DNA of 64,000 nt, taken from positions 605,433-669,432 of the forward strand of contig OY820914.1 in the NCBI GenBank assembly GCA_963682005.1. Reading direction: 5' to 3'. Origin of the DNA: Bacteroidales bacterium. Lineage in GTDB: Bacteria > Bacteroidota > Bacteroidia > Bacteroidales > FEN-979. Shown in pieces: positions 46,955 through 57,068 of the stretch (the first letter of the stretch is position 1; every line of letters starts with the position of its first letter). The position numbers and the translations under genes were made by a program. The notes under the pieces were generated by a model, which saw nothing but the letters and a program-made list of their open reading frames with translations, was not told the DNA's origin and made no database searches.

Positions 46955-48388
46955 TTAATAGACCAGGGTTTTGCTGATCAACCGTTCGCCGTTGCCGAGG
47001 ACAGCTTCGATGAAGTATATACCTTTATTCAGGCCAACCAACTCCAGAGGCACATTTTCAACCTGGACAGTCTTATCATACCTTATGCGTTTCATTTCAT
47101 TTCCAATGACATCTCTGACAAAAACATCCACCGTGCCACTATAATCACTATTAAGTTCACAGTTTAAATGGCCATCGTTCGGATTTGGAAAAATTCTCAT
47201 AAATGATGTTTCGATAATTGCTTTTGATGAGTCTGTAGGATAATATTCCCTGTAACAATCAGAATTGTCATTCGAAGAAACTTCCAAATAATAGGTATAA
47301 TCTGAAATACTATTTGTTTCATATACACAAAATACTTTACCATCAAAGTTCCCGCATTCACTACAGGTATCTTTAAAGGGCTCTTTTTTTATTTTCCCCC
47401 AGCGATAAGAATTTTGATATGGATCACAGGATGTACACATCAGAAAGAGCTTATTTGAATTTGGGTAAGCATTTAGCTTTCTTTCAATTGTTTCTCTTCC
47501 TTTACCATGAATAAAAAACAAGGAAGCTTCTGCTGTATCGATATCCGAACATGTAATATTTAATGGTTTCATATGACAAAAAATGGTATCCCTTCCAATT
47601 TTATATGAATTTGTTTTAAAAGTATATAGGTCTTGTCCCTTATATGATTTGCCGTGTAATTCCCACCTAAAATAATATTCTGCAGGGTTTGAGGGGTTTG
47701 CATGGAATTCAATCGTGTCATTATAACAGGCGGAATATAATGGATCACCCGCCGATGTAGTTGCTGTTATTGTTAGGCTGTTAAGAAAGGGTTCAATAAC
47801 ATGAATATTTTTTGTGATTGAAGCGGAACTTAGGCATGTTCCTGTTTTATTTTTAGCAGAAATATCTCCACCCGCAAAAACACTATCGAACGACACAATT
47901 ATACTACCAGTACTTCCTCCGCTAACTATATGTGAATTGGGGGGTAAAGACCAATAACAGTTTTGAACCGGAACTCCGAATTTATAGGCAATGTAAGGAA
48001 CTGATCCTTCACCCGCACAAACGCTACTTTTCCCGGAAAGAGAATCGAGGTTGTCAGGAATACTTAATATGTGGATATATAAAGTGTCGTCAGGCCCTTC
48101 CCCATTAATATTTACAGCACGTGCTGTAAGATAAAAAATTCCTGAAGTATTTCCGGCAGCAATTAAAACTGTATCTCGATTGGGATCATATGGATATTCC
48201 ATTCCCCCATTCCATTCATTATTCCAGATAACATTTGTCACACCTTGAATTTTATCAATGTAAAATTTTTGTGTTGTAAGTGTACAAATTGAATCTGGAC
48301 CATTAATCGTTGGCTGAATCGGTACTTGTCCACGAATTACCGTAATACCCAAAAATAAAAAGGTTAAAAATAAGGGAACTTTTTTCAT
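46955..48388 (-). CDS. T9SS type A CTD protein with PKD-like/Ig repeats
   Basis: Signal peptide, I.GP..IC and SG..SVC repeats, CTD IFPNPN.G...L.KGIYFI...K.LV. Confidence 0.85.
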   Translation of the reverse strand: MKKVPLFLTFLFLGITVIRGQVPIQPTINGPDSICTLTTQKFYIDKIQGVTNVIWNNEWNGGMEYPYDPNRDTVLIAAGNTSGIFYLTARAVNINGEGPDDTLYIHILSIPDNLDSLSGKSSVCAGEGSVPYIAYKFGVPVQNCYWSLPPNSHIVSGGSTGSIIVSFDSVFAGGDISAKNKTGTCLSSASITKNIHVIEPFLNSLTITATTSAGDPLYSACYNDTIEFHANPSNPAEYYFRWELHGKSYKGQDLYTFKTNSYKIGRDTIFCHMKPLNITCSDIDTAEASLFFIHGKGRETIERKLNAYPNSNKLFLMCTSCDPYQNSYRWGKIKKEPFKDTCSECGNFDGKVFCVYETNSISDYTYYLEVSSNDNSDCYREYYPTDSSKAIIETSFMRIFPNPNDGHLNCELNSDYSGTVDVFVRDVIGNEMKRIRYDKTVQVENVPLELVGLNKGIYFIEAVLGNGERLISKTLVY

Positions 48389-48497
48389 ATGAAAACCATT
48401 TTAAACCATTAATTACTATTATCTTATTCTAAACAAATTGTTTAAGTCAAAAATTGATCATATAATTTATTTATTTTTTAATACAGGATTTTTAAAA

Positions 48498-51400
48498 TTA
48501 TTTGTTACCAGAAGACTCCAATCCAACAGGGGGAGTCGGAGCGACAGGAAATCTCACTCCAACATGTTTCGACAGAATAACTCCGTTATTGTCTTTCCTG
48601 TCATCTCGCGTAGCAACAACAGACCACGAAAAAGATACATTGGATGAGCCATGATTAAGTTCATAAACATCAAACCCTTCCTTTGTCTTGTTTGTAACAT
48701 AAACTCCATTGCACTCACCTTCTAGTTGAACGAAAACCTTCATTGGACATTCTTCGTTTACAATAATGTTTTTTGAGAATACCGGGTCAAGTGTAATATG
48801 AGAATGACCGGCTATTAACCTATCAACCCCATAGTCTGTAAACAAGATATCCGGCGATTCTGGGCAAAACATCATAACTTGTTTTCCGTGTTGATTTTCA
48901 ACAATAGTTCCTGCAACCCCGGTACCAGTAACCTTATAATCCGTACCGCCAGATGTTTTGCCTCCAAGATAGGATTGGGCAGTCCCGCAAGAAAAGAACC
49001 CTCCGTAGTTTCCATTTGAGGACACGGTTGCAACTGCATATAAACCATATATCTTCCCAAAAAACCCGCCTCCTGCACCACCAGAAACTGAACCTCCGGA
49101 TGAACCTCCTCCTATTCCAATAATTCCAACTCCATTTGTATTTGTATTGGTTGACTTGATGACAGCATCACTGGTAGAGGAAACGGATGACGAGATATCA
49201 ATGGTGGATGAGGAGTTAAATGGGCCAGTCATTGTTCCTCCCGCTGTAGGAAGGGCGCTTATATCTGAACAATTCAAACTTCTGCTATTTGCGGAAGTAA
49301 GTCTCCCTTTCGAATCAACGGTAAAGTATGGAACACTTGCACCGGAACTTCCACCATATGATCCGGAAGCAACACCAGATGTTGAAAGAGCCAGTGTGCC
49401 AGTATTGCTGATACTTGCATCTCCTGACATGATGACATCTGTTGCAGTACCCGATGAATTACCTACAAAGATATGTGCTGAAACTAACGAAGAGGATAAC
49501 AATGGTCCATAAGTGGAATTATTAATTCTTGCAAATAATCCTGATGTGGTTGTCCATAAATCGCCATTTACAGGTGAAGAGGGAGCCGTTCCATGAGGTA
49601 AGCTAACCCCTGAGTTGCCCGATGATGATGCCACTGTTGTTAATTTCCCAGTCATTGTTCCTCCAGCAATTGGCAGAGCCCCAAAATCAGAACACGCCAG
49701 ATTTCGGCTGTTGGCAACAGTAAGTCTTCCTTTGGAATCAACAGAAAAATAGGGAACGCTCGGACCAGAACCTGATCCATATGATCCTGCATTAACACCC
49801 GATGGCGACAGCGTTAATGTGCCAGAACTACTTAAACCAGCATCTCCTGACATGGACACATCTGTTGCCACATTTGATGCATTCCCTACAAAAATATGTG
49901 ATGATGATAATGTAGCCGTTAAAGCATTAATATCCCCGAGGTTCAGATTTCTGCTATTCGCAGAAGTAAGTCTGCCTTTTGAATCAACGGTCAGATACGG
50001 AACACTTGCTCCACTGCTACCCCCATAGGATCCTGCAGTTACACCAGAGGCTGAAAGGGTAAGAGCTCCGGTGTTGCTCATTGTTGCATCACCGGTCATG
50101 GCCACATCTGTTGCTGCATTCGATACGTTTCCAACAAATATGTGCGATGAAGTTAACCCTGATTGAAGCAATGGTCCTGTTGTTGTATTATTGGCCCGAA
50201 CAAACAAACCTGCACTTGTAGTCCACAGATCACCGTTTACTGGTGCAGCGGGAGCAATACCATGGGGCAGATTCAGTCCGGCATTTCCCGCGGTAGAACC
50301 AACAGTATTCAACTTCCCTGTCATTGTTCCCCCTGTTGTGGGTAATCTTAACGTAGTAAACGTATTCCAATCTGTGGATGATAAAAATCCAGGCAGTGAA
50401 CCGTTGGCTTTCTGGCCATTTGTATAATCCAGTGAGACGATTCCTGTAGCTGCATCAAAATCTGAAGATGTAAATGCTGAAGCCCCTTTGGTACTTCCGT
50501 CGGCAGCTGCATCTGCAATTGATATAACAGGTGTTGTACCACCGCTTGAGCTCACAGGTAAAGTACCAGTTACTGATGTAACCGTCCCTGTTGTTGAGCT
50601 TAATGGTCCTACAGTAGTGTTATTTACCCGCACAAATAACCCGCCCGTTGTTGTCCACATATCACCATTGCCTGGAGAAGTTGGTGCAATCCCATGGGGC
50701 AGATTCAGTCCGGCATTTCCCGCGGTAGAACCAACAGTATTCAACTTCCCTGTCATGGTTCCTCCTGTTGTGGGTAATCTCAACGTAGTAAATGTATTCC
50801 AATCTGTGGATGATAAAAATCCAGAAACAGAACCATTTGCCTTTTGTCCGTTAGAATAATCCAGGGATACAATGCCAGTTGAAGTATTGAAATCCGCTGC
50901 TGTAAAGGTGGACGCTCCTTTTGTACTTCCATCGGCTATGGCATCCAGAATTGAAATTGCCGGAGTTGTGCCACCGGTTGATGCAACAGGAGTCGTTCCG
51001 GTCACGGATGTTACTGTCCCTGTTGTTGAACTTAATGGGCCAATAGTACTACCGTTAATACGGATAAAAAGGCCTCCTGTGGTCGTCCATATATCACCAT
51101 TGCCGGGTGAAGATGGTGCAATCCCATGAGGCAGATTCAGACCGGCATTTCCCGCGGCAGAACCAACAGTATTCAATTTCCCTGTCATTGTTCCTCCTGT
51201 TGTAGGTAATCTTAACGTAGTAAAAGTATTCCAATCTGCGGATGATAAAAATCCAGAAACAGAACCATTTGCCTTTTGTCCGTTAGAATAATCCAGCGAA
51301 ATCACTCCTGTGGTGGCGTTAAAATCTGTTGCTGTATATGTTGATGCACCTTTCGTACCTCCGTCAGCTGCTGCATCAGCAATTGATATGATCGGAGCTG

Positions 51401-51860
51401 TACCACCGCTTGAAATTACTGGAGCCGTCCCAGTAACAGACGTAACCCCGGTTCCCGACCCTGACTTCTTCGCATACATCGCATACGGAACATATTTGAA
51501 CTGGGATGTTCCAATTTCCGTATAAGCAGATGCCCCGGAAAGTTTAATCGTAGTCCTTAAATAATAGGAAGCATCACTCCAATCAATGGAATCAAATTTC
51601 CCTACTCTATCGATTCCGGCACCAACACTTAGTGTTACCAATCCCAAATCACTTGTTATCGTATCATGCTTTTCACTATATATTACAGAACCGACAGGAC
51701 TTCCTTTCAGGATATACAATTTAAAGCTTACAGCCTGGTTTATCACCTGGATCCCGGAATTATCCCTGACAACCATTTGAAAATTAAACGGGGTGCCGGA
51801 TTGTGCAAATGCTGAAACTGCCAACCCCATCACAACGAAAAACACGTAAAGCTTTTTCAT
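48498..51860 (-). CDS. Secreted tail-fibre-like (probably trimeric) repeat adhesin
   Basis: Signal peptide; Bacteroidota N-domain FNFQ.VVRD..G...YSE.H...GL..L.VG...VPYAMYA; three 144-aa repeats and three ~80-aa SSHIFVGN...VDSKGRLT repeats; LP..GGTMTG motifs. Confidence 0.75.
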   Translation of the reverse strand: MKKLYVFFVVMGLAVSAFAQSGTPFNFQMVVRDNSGIQVINQAVSFKLYILKGSPVGSVIYSEKHDTITSDLGLVTLSVGAGIDRVGKFDSIDWSDASYYLRTTIKLSGASAYTEIGTSQFKYVPYAMYAKKSGSGTGVTSVTGTAPVISSGGTAPIISIADAAADGGTKGASTYTATDFNATTGVISLDYSNGQKANGSVSGFLSSADWNTFTTLRLPTTGGTMTGKLNTVGSAAGNAGLNLPHGIAPSSPGNGDIWTTTGGLFIRINGSTIGPLSSTTGTVTSVTGTTPVASTGGTTPAISILDAIADGSTKGASTFTAADFNTSTGIVSLDYSNGQKANGSVSGFLSSTDWNTFTTLRLPTTGGTMTGKLNTVGSTAGNAGLNLPHGIAPTSPGNGDMWTTTGGLFVRVNNTTVGPLSSTTGTVTSVTGTLPVSSSGGTTPVISIADAAADGSTKGASAFTSSDFDAATGIVSLDYTNGQKANGSLPGFLSSTDWNTFTTLRLPTTGGTMTGKLNTVGSTAGNAGLNLPHGIAPAAPVNGDLWTTSAGLFVRANNTTTGPLLQSGLTSSHIFVGNVSNAATDVAMTGDATMSNTGALTLSASGVTAGSYGGSSGASVPYLTVDSKGRLTSANSRNLNLGDINALTATLSSSHIFVGNASNVATDVSMSGDAGLSSSGTLTLSPSGVNAGSYGSGSGPSVPYFSVDSKGRLTVANSRNLACSDFGALPIAGGTMTGKLTTVASSSGNSGVSLPHGTAPSSPVNGDLWTTTSGLFARINNSTYGPLLSSSLVSAHIFVGNSSGTATDVIMSGDASISNTGTLALSTSGVASGSYGGSSGASVPYFTVDSKGRLTSANSRSLNCSDISALPTAGGTMTGPFNSSSTIDISSSVSSTSDAVIKSTNTNTNGVGIIGIGGGSSGGSVSGGAGGGFFGKIYGLYAVATVSSNGNYGGFFSCGTAQSYLGGKTSGGTDYKVTGTGVAGTIVENQHGKQVMMFCPESPDILFTDYGVDRLIAGHSHITLDPVFSKNIIVNEECPMKVFVQLEGECNGVYVTNKTKEGFDVYELNHGSSNVSFSWSVVATRDDRKDNNGVILSKHVGVRFPVAPTPPVGLESSGNK
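50170..51460. repeat. Three intragenic 432-bp direct repeats
   Basis: GCAGATTCAG..CGGCATTTCCCGCGG recurs at 50267, 50699 and 51131 (exact 432-bp period); the outer boundaries are approximate. Confidence 0.85.
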
Positions 51861-51915
51861 ATGTTTTGTTTTATAAAGTATTCTCGAAATCAGTCCTTAT
51901 TCCCTTTTGAAAAAT

Positions 51916-53799
51916 TTACCTGGCAATAATGATCTTCCGGATCTCGCCGGCTGCATCATTCCCTGTTCTGAAATAAATAAAATAAATTCCATTCGGCAGA
52001 TCAGAAACATCTACCTTATACTGATGCGAACCCGCAGGAAGCAATCCGAATTCATTCTGCTTACAATTATTCCCCAGCAACCCTTCGATACCAATAGATA
52101 CGCGAACTTCCTGCGCAAGACTGAAGACTACATTCAGAACGGTACTTGCGGGATTCGGGTAGATCCTGCAATTTGCAATGAGCGGATCGTTTTCTGCAGT
52201 ATTGCCGGACGACAAGGCCTTCAATACGGGAGCGGAGAGAATCATGTTGCTGAGAGGTTCTCCTTCGCTATCCGCCAGCTCAGACTCCTCATCAAGGGAG
52301 AACCGGACGACAGATGAAGAACTGAATTTCTCCGAAATCTTAACATGCAATGTGATCAGTATATCTTCCGCTAAAACCTGGATCGGATCCAGTTCGGACC
52401 AAACAATCCTTACCTGATCTTTGTAGATACTGAATAACAATCCCGGTTTACTAAAGGAGACATCCCTGATGGTTAAAAGTTCACTTGGATAATTGATCTT
52501 CAGCGTAATTGCACCAATCTGAGCCCCGGTTTTCAACCTGAGCGGAATTTCAATTTCCTGTGCCTGACTAACTCCTATAATTTGCTCCTGAACAAGTTCA
52601 ACCTCATTTTGAAATGATTTGCCTGTAAAAGGTACATATGAACTGTTTACGTCTCCAACGCATAACCCATAGAAATTATCGGTATTTGCGACACTATTCA
52701 CAATAATGGCATTACCACCGATCGCAGGCAGGGAGAATGTCCAATCCCCTCTGTTAAACAAATTAATTTGGCCAAGAAACCTCTTTTTAACCAATAATGC
52801 ATCTGTCCCATTTATATAATTACTGTTATCGACATCGCCTGCAAGCAATTTGACAGGCTCACTCCAATTTTCTAACCCTGCAAACTCGCGTTGAATTTTC
52901 AGCGCATCCGTTGAGTTCACACTCTTCCAGATTTTTTTTGTGGAGGCTTCCAGGTTATATTCCCCCATAGGAATGTTACTAATTAAATAGTACCCCGAAC
53001 TATTCGTTGAGAAGAACCCAAATATCTCATTATTCTTCTTAAGGACAAGATTTATGCTATCCAATCCTGAATTACTCACATAATAATATGAAAATGTCCC
53101 GGAAACCGTAGCCGGAGTGAATATAGTTCCATTGTGATAATAAAGGCCTGAAGGCTGGTCCGTCACTGTTGATCCGCCAGCTTTATGATATCTGCAATCC
53201 TTGCCGCCATTGGATTCGTTATTAAAAGTTAACGAAGCAATATTTCCGGATACGTGTGTAAAGTTCAGATCCATCAACTTCGAATAGTGTGAAAGTGTAA
53301 CTGGTATGGCAGATGACCACCTGATTAAAATTGCATGTATGGCGCCAGAAATGGTGGTATCATTGAGCTGAACACCAGAGCTGATTGATAAATTAACATT
53401 GGTGTGTGATGTAAAAGTGAGTAAGGTCGAGTCATATTCGATTCTTAGCTTCATGGTATCCATCCCAGTAAAACCAAAGACTCTGATTGGCATTACTGCC
53501 GTATTGCCGATAGCCGCACCTGTATCTGTCAACATGGTAATGGGTGCCGTATAAATCTCCGGTTGCTGAAACCCGGTTGTGGCTTTGATACCGGGCACCG
53601 ATAATGTATTCACAATATTTTCACCAACCGTAATGCTCTGGGGACCTATAATTCCTGAATAACTATCGCCCAGGGAGGAAATTACCACAGGGCCGTAATT
53701 CTGGCAAAACAAAGGGGCCGCCGGAAACCAGAAAAGGAACAACATCCAAAAAACAGTTCTTCCAGAAACCTTTTGACTGGATTGTCGATTTGTCTTCAT
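51916..53799 (-). CDS. T9SS type A CTD protein with cohesin-like and dockerin-like domains
   Basis: Cohesin-like segments MPIRV.GF......L.I.YD..LL.F and IPLRL...IGAITL.I.Y; dockerin-like VNSTDAL and GDVDNS.YINGTDAL; CTD IYPNPA...LPNGIYF...KIII. Confidence 0.8.
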   Translation of the reverse strand: MKTNRQSSQKVSGRTVFWMLFLFWFPAAPLFCQNYGPVVISSLGDSYSGIIGPQSITVGENIVNTLSVPGIKATTGFQQPEIYTAPITMLTDTGAAIGNTAVMPIRVFGFTGMDTMKLRIEYDSTLLTFTSHTNVNLSISSGVQLNDTTISGAIHAILIRWSSAIPVTLSHYSKLMDLNFTHVSGNIASLTFNNESNGGKDCRYHKAGGSTVTDQPSGLYYHNGTIFTPATVSGTFSYYYVSNSGLDSINLVLKKNNEIFGFFSTNSSGYYLISNIPMGEYNLEASTKKIWKSVNSTDALKIQREFAGLENWSEPVKLLAGDVDNSNYINGTDALLVKKRFLGQINLFNRGDWTFSLPAIGGNAIIVNSVANTDNFYGLCVGDVNSSYVPFTGKSFQNEVELVQEQIIGVSQAQEIEIPLRLKTGAQIGAITLKINYPSELLTIRDVSFSKPGLLFSIYKDQVRIVWSELDPIQVLAEDILITLHVKISEKFSSSSVVRFSLDEESELADSEGEPLSNMILSAPVLKALSSGNTAENDPLIANCRIYPNPASTVLNVVFSLAQEVRVSIGIEGLLGNNCKQNEFGLLPAGSHQYKVDVSDLPNGIYFIYFRTGNDAAGEIRKIIIAR

Positions 53800-53963
53800 C
53801 GGGTTTGGTTTTACAAATGAATCACTTACTTCCGAAATGAAAGGGCTAGTTCATAGTATTTGGTGCTGAATAAGGAAAAACAAATCAATACTATAATATA
53901 ACAAATATAAAAAAAATTCAAAAGAAACAATAAAATTTTTACTTTTGGATTAAATTTTTCTCT

Positions 53964-55355
53964 ATGACCATGAACATCTTATCCAAGTCAATTGTCACTA
54001 AACGATTCCTGTTGCTCTCCCTGATTCTCCTTGTCGCATTTTCCGCTAAATCCCAGGTATCCGGAAAGGGCTATGGCAGGTACCTGAAAAGTGAATATCA
54101 AAAGGCTTTTGAATGTTACAAGGAGGCTTTGATGGAGAGTGATACGGATGTGGTTGCCAATTACGGGATGAGCTTATTATATTCCAATAACACGTTCCCG
54201 CAATACAACTATTTCAAGGCATTCAGGTATATCCGGAAAGCAAAAAAAGACCTCTCGACTTATGATGACAAGGGCCTGATCAATCTGAACAAGATTGTCC
54301 CTGATATAAAAGCCAAGGTCGATCAGGATTATGATGCGATCGAAAAAAAGCTCTTTGATTTTATCAACAGTCATTCTACCATAGAATACACAGACATTTT
54401 CGTGAATGAGTTCCAGGATTCAAAATTCCGGCACGATGTGGTTCAGATGAGGAACCGCGGGTATTTCCTGAAAGCAAAAACGGCAGATAACGTAACCGAA
54501 TATAACCTGTTCATCGAGCGGTTCCCGGATGCCAGCGACCTTCCCGAGGCGTTAAAACTAAGGGATTATGCGGCATACCGTGATCTGCGGACGAATCTTA
54601 AACTGGATAAGGTGTATGAGTATATCCGCAATTATCCCTTGAGCGAACAGCGCGAGCAGGTTTATAACCTCTATGATTCACTGGACTTTGAAAACACACT
54701 GGCTACAGGAACGGAAGAAGGTTACTCTTCGTTCTTAATGCGTCATCCGAAAGCAAAACAGTCACCAAAAGCCATTGAATTATACATTAAGAAAAAGTAC
54801 GCGGCAACCCAGGAAAAGAATACGACAAAAGCATACAACATGTTTCTTGACCAGTTCTTCACTGCAGAACAACGGGAAAGCGCGCTTAATCTGAGGAACA
54901 AATTGTTCTTCGAGGAAATAAAGGAGCTGAATAATGTTGAAAAGTACAATAAGTATATTTCCACAATTTCTGATGGCCCCCTGAAACAGGAAGCAGTCAA
55001 CGAACGCGACAAGAAGGCATTTGAAGATGCAAAAGAGGCCAAGTCAATCCTTGCTCTTGAGAACTTTATCTATACCTGCCCGGGTGCTGTTCAGATTAAA
55101 CAGGCAACCATCCTGCGCGATTCACTTGTGTTTGAACAATGTAAAACAATGGTTTCCACCGAACGGTTCTATGAATACATGCGCAGCTATCCTACCCTGA
55201 CAAGCAAGCCAAAAGCCATCGAAATCCTGGAACAACTGGCATACAAGGAAGCTGAAGCAAAAAACACAAAGGAAGCTTACGAAGAATTCATCCTGAATCA
55301 TCCTCTTGCACCACAAAGGAAAGCTGCGCAAGAGCGTGCAAATAAAGTCAAATAA
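53964..55355 (+). CDS. Exported TPR/helical-repeat protein
   Basis: Signal peptide and about ten Y..F(I/L)..(Y/F/H)P.(A/S) helical repeats. A TACTTTTG promoter element lies at 53940. Confidence 0.75.
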   Translation: MTMNILSKSIVTKRFLLLSLILLVAFSAKSQVSGKGYGRYLKSEYQKAFECYKEALMESDTDVVANYGMSLLYSNNTFPQYNYFKAFRYIRKAKKDLSTYDDKGLINLNKIVPDIKAKVDQDYDAIEKKLFDFINSHSTIEYTDIFVNEFQDSKFRHDVVQMRNRGYFLKAKTADNVTEYNLFIERFPDASDLPEALKLRDYAAYRDLRTNLKLDKVYEYIRNYPLSEQREQVYNLYDSLDFENTLATGTEEGYSSFLMRHPKAKQSPKAIELYIKKKYAATQEKNTTKAYNMFLDQFFTAEQRESALNLRNKLFFEEIKELNNVEKYNKYISTISDGPLKQEAVNERDKKAFEDAKEAKSILALENFIYTCPGAVQIKQATILRDSLVFEQCKTMVSTERFYEYMRSYPTLTSKPKAIEILEQLAYKEAEAKNTKEAYEEFILNHPLAPQRKAAQERANKVK

Positions 55356-55524
55356 CCGGGCAGGGAATGGTTACCAGGATACAACTTCAGAGAACGCTGC
55401 TGCGGATATGAAATATTGGTAAAGCAATAATCCAAGTCCCAGCGCGCATACGAAAAGGAACCTTACGATCGCATAAGAGCGTTGTTTCTGATTTAAAGGT
55501 GCTGCCATAATCCGATTCTATAAA

Positions 55525-56013
55525 TTATTGTGTCTTTGATTTATTACAATCCTCAAGTTGTTTTGTAAGTGATTCTTTCGACGCTTCCAGCTTTGCATTG
55601 TCCTGCATTAATTTCTCAGATTGTCCTTTATATGACGAATTGTTATTTACATCGCTTATTTTTTCATACAATTTCACAAACTTTTTTAAGACCGGGTAAT
55701 AAATACTTGTAGTATCTATTTTATGTCTGACAAGCTGATTTAGATCAACCACATTACTTTGGTAATCTGCATTGTATGAATTTGATTCCAGGAGGACATC
55801 CAGTTCTGCCATTTTCTGTTTAAACTCTTCCAGGACCTTGCTTTCCTGCCTGTTCTCATTCTTTTCACTATTCCCAACATTCAGAGAGGCAATATTGGGG
55901 ATGGAAAGCAGGTAATATACGGGGACCAGCGAACAGAACAACAGGATCGCATAGATCATGATCACCCTGGTTATTGCTAGAGACCTTTCTGCATTGTTTG
56001 AATAATATGCCAT
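55525..56013 (-). CDS. tssO: T6SS-iii membrane-complex protein TssO
   Basis: N..ER...TM helix then coiled coil ending LE.C; follows tssK. Confidence 0.65.
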   Translation of the reverse strand: MAYYSNNAERSLAITRVIMIYAILLFCSLVPVYYLLSIPNIASLNVGNSEKNENRQESKVLEEFKQKMAELDVLLESNSYNADYQSNVVDLNQLVRHKIDTTSIYYPVLKKFVKLYEKISDVNNNSSYKGQSEKLMQDNAKLEASKESLTKQLEDCNKSKTQ

Positions 56014-56031
56014 TTTTGACTACTTTACTGG

Positions 56032-56979
56032 TTAAGGCGTTATTGCTGCACTCTCTTTCAGGAAACGGGAATAGCTGTCGGAGAACGTTCTGCAAACGTT
56101 GATGGCCGAAGCAATATCGAGGTGATTGTATTTCAGTGAGATGATCTTGCTTAACACCCTTTTCATTTCGTCCTCTTTCCCGGATTTCAATTCTATTTCA
56201 TTGTAGGTATATAGAATTGAAGCGATCTGAACAACTTTTTCGATCAGGAAAACCGGCGGCATGTATTGCAGATACCATTCCAGGGAAGCTTTGTTCAGGT
56301 TGAAATACTCCACCAGGTTCATGAGCAACGGTTTGTGCGCTATAATACGTGATCCCAAAAGGCTGTAGGCTGTTTTTTCAAGCTTCAGTAATGCTTCGAG
56401 GATATCGTTATAAAAGCTCACAAGAAGCGGTGATGACTGTATGGAAGCACTTGGGGGAATATAGCTGCGATCCTCGTCAAAGGAAGTATTTGTGAATTTC
56501 GCGATGGGTATGATACTGTTCCCCACAGCATGAAGAGAGTTTCCCTGGATCGGAAGGAATTGAAATTTATAATCGGGTAAGGCAAAGGGATAGCGTAACG
56601 GGCTTTCCTGTTCATTGATCTCACCGTATGGAATCCGTGTATAGGCGTCAACACTCATCACCAGGTAGTAAGGTGGCGGATTGTCGGCCGGCCTTGCCAG
56701 ATGAAATTCAGCATTTGCCGGTATCTGAACCATATATCCATCAGGTGAAATGGCAACCAGTTCCCTGAGTATCCTGATCTTTTCCTCACTCAGCATCAGT
56801 GAAAATCGTGGCGATGTCTTATCTTTATCATCGGTAGGCAAAATGCCATAATTGATCAGGTTAACATACCCTTTTGCAATGATCTGGCTCCTGTTGATGA
56901 AATGGTTCTCCATATCGAGAAAGTGAGCTGAGCTGACTTTCATTCCGTTGATCCAGTTAACCTGGAAATAATGGTTCAT
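56032..56979 (-). CDS. tssK: T6SS-iii baseplate subunit TssK
   Basis: VNW.NGMK....HF, NYG.LP, R.PYG....E.PLRYP, YIPP and Y.H.DI. Confidence 0.85.
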   Translation of the reverse strand: MNHYFQVNWINGMKVSSAHFLDMENHFINRSQIIAKGYVNLINYGILPTDDKDKTSPRFSLMLSEEKIRILRELVAISPDGYMVQIPANAEFHLARPADNPPPYYLVMSVDAYTRIPYGEINEQESPLRYPFALPDYKFQFLPIQGNSLHAVGNSIIPIAKFTNTSFDEDRSYIPPSASIQSSPLLVSFYNDILEALLKLEKTAYSLLGSRIIAHKPLLMNLVEYFNLNKASLEWYLQYMPPVFLIEKVVQIASILYTYNEIELKSGKEDEMKRVLSKIISLKYNHLDIASAINVCRTFSDSYSRFLKESAAITP

Positions 56980-57068
56980 AATTTCAAGTTTTATAATAAT
57001 CGTAGCATAATTTCTCCCGATAACATTTTCTCCTGTTGTCTTTTTGCTGCCCGGTTTTTCCTTAAGGG

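Noticed and set aside
51916-53799. Cellulosome scaffoldin
   Set aside because: No glycoside hydrolase or CBM genes nearby; cohesin/dockerin-like domains also occur in non-cellulosomal T9SS proteins.
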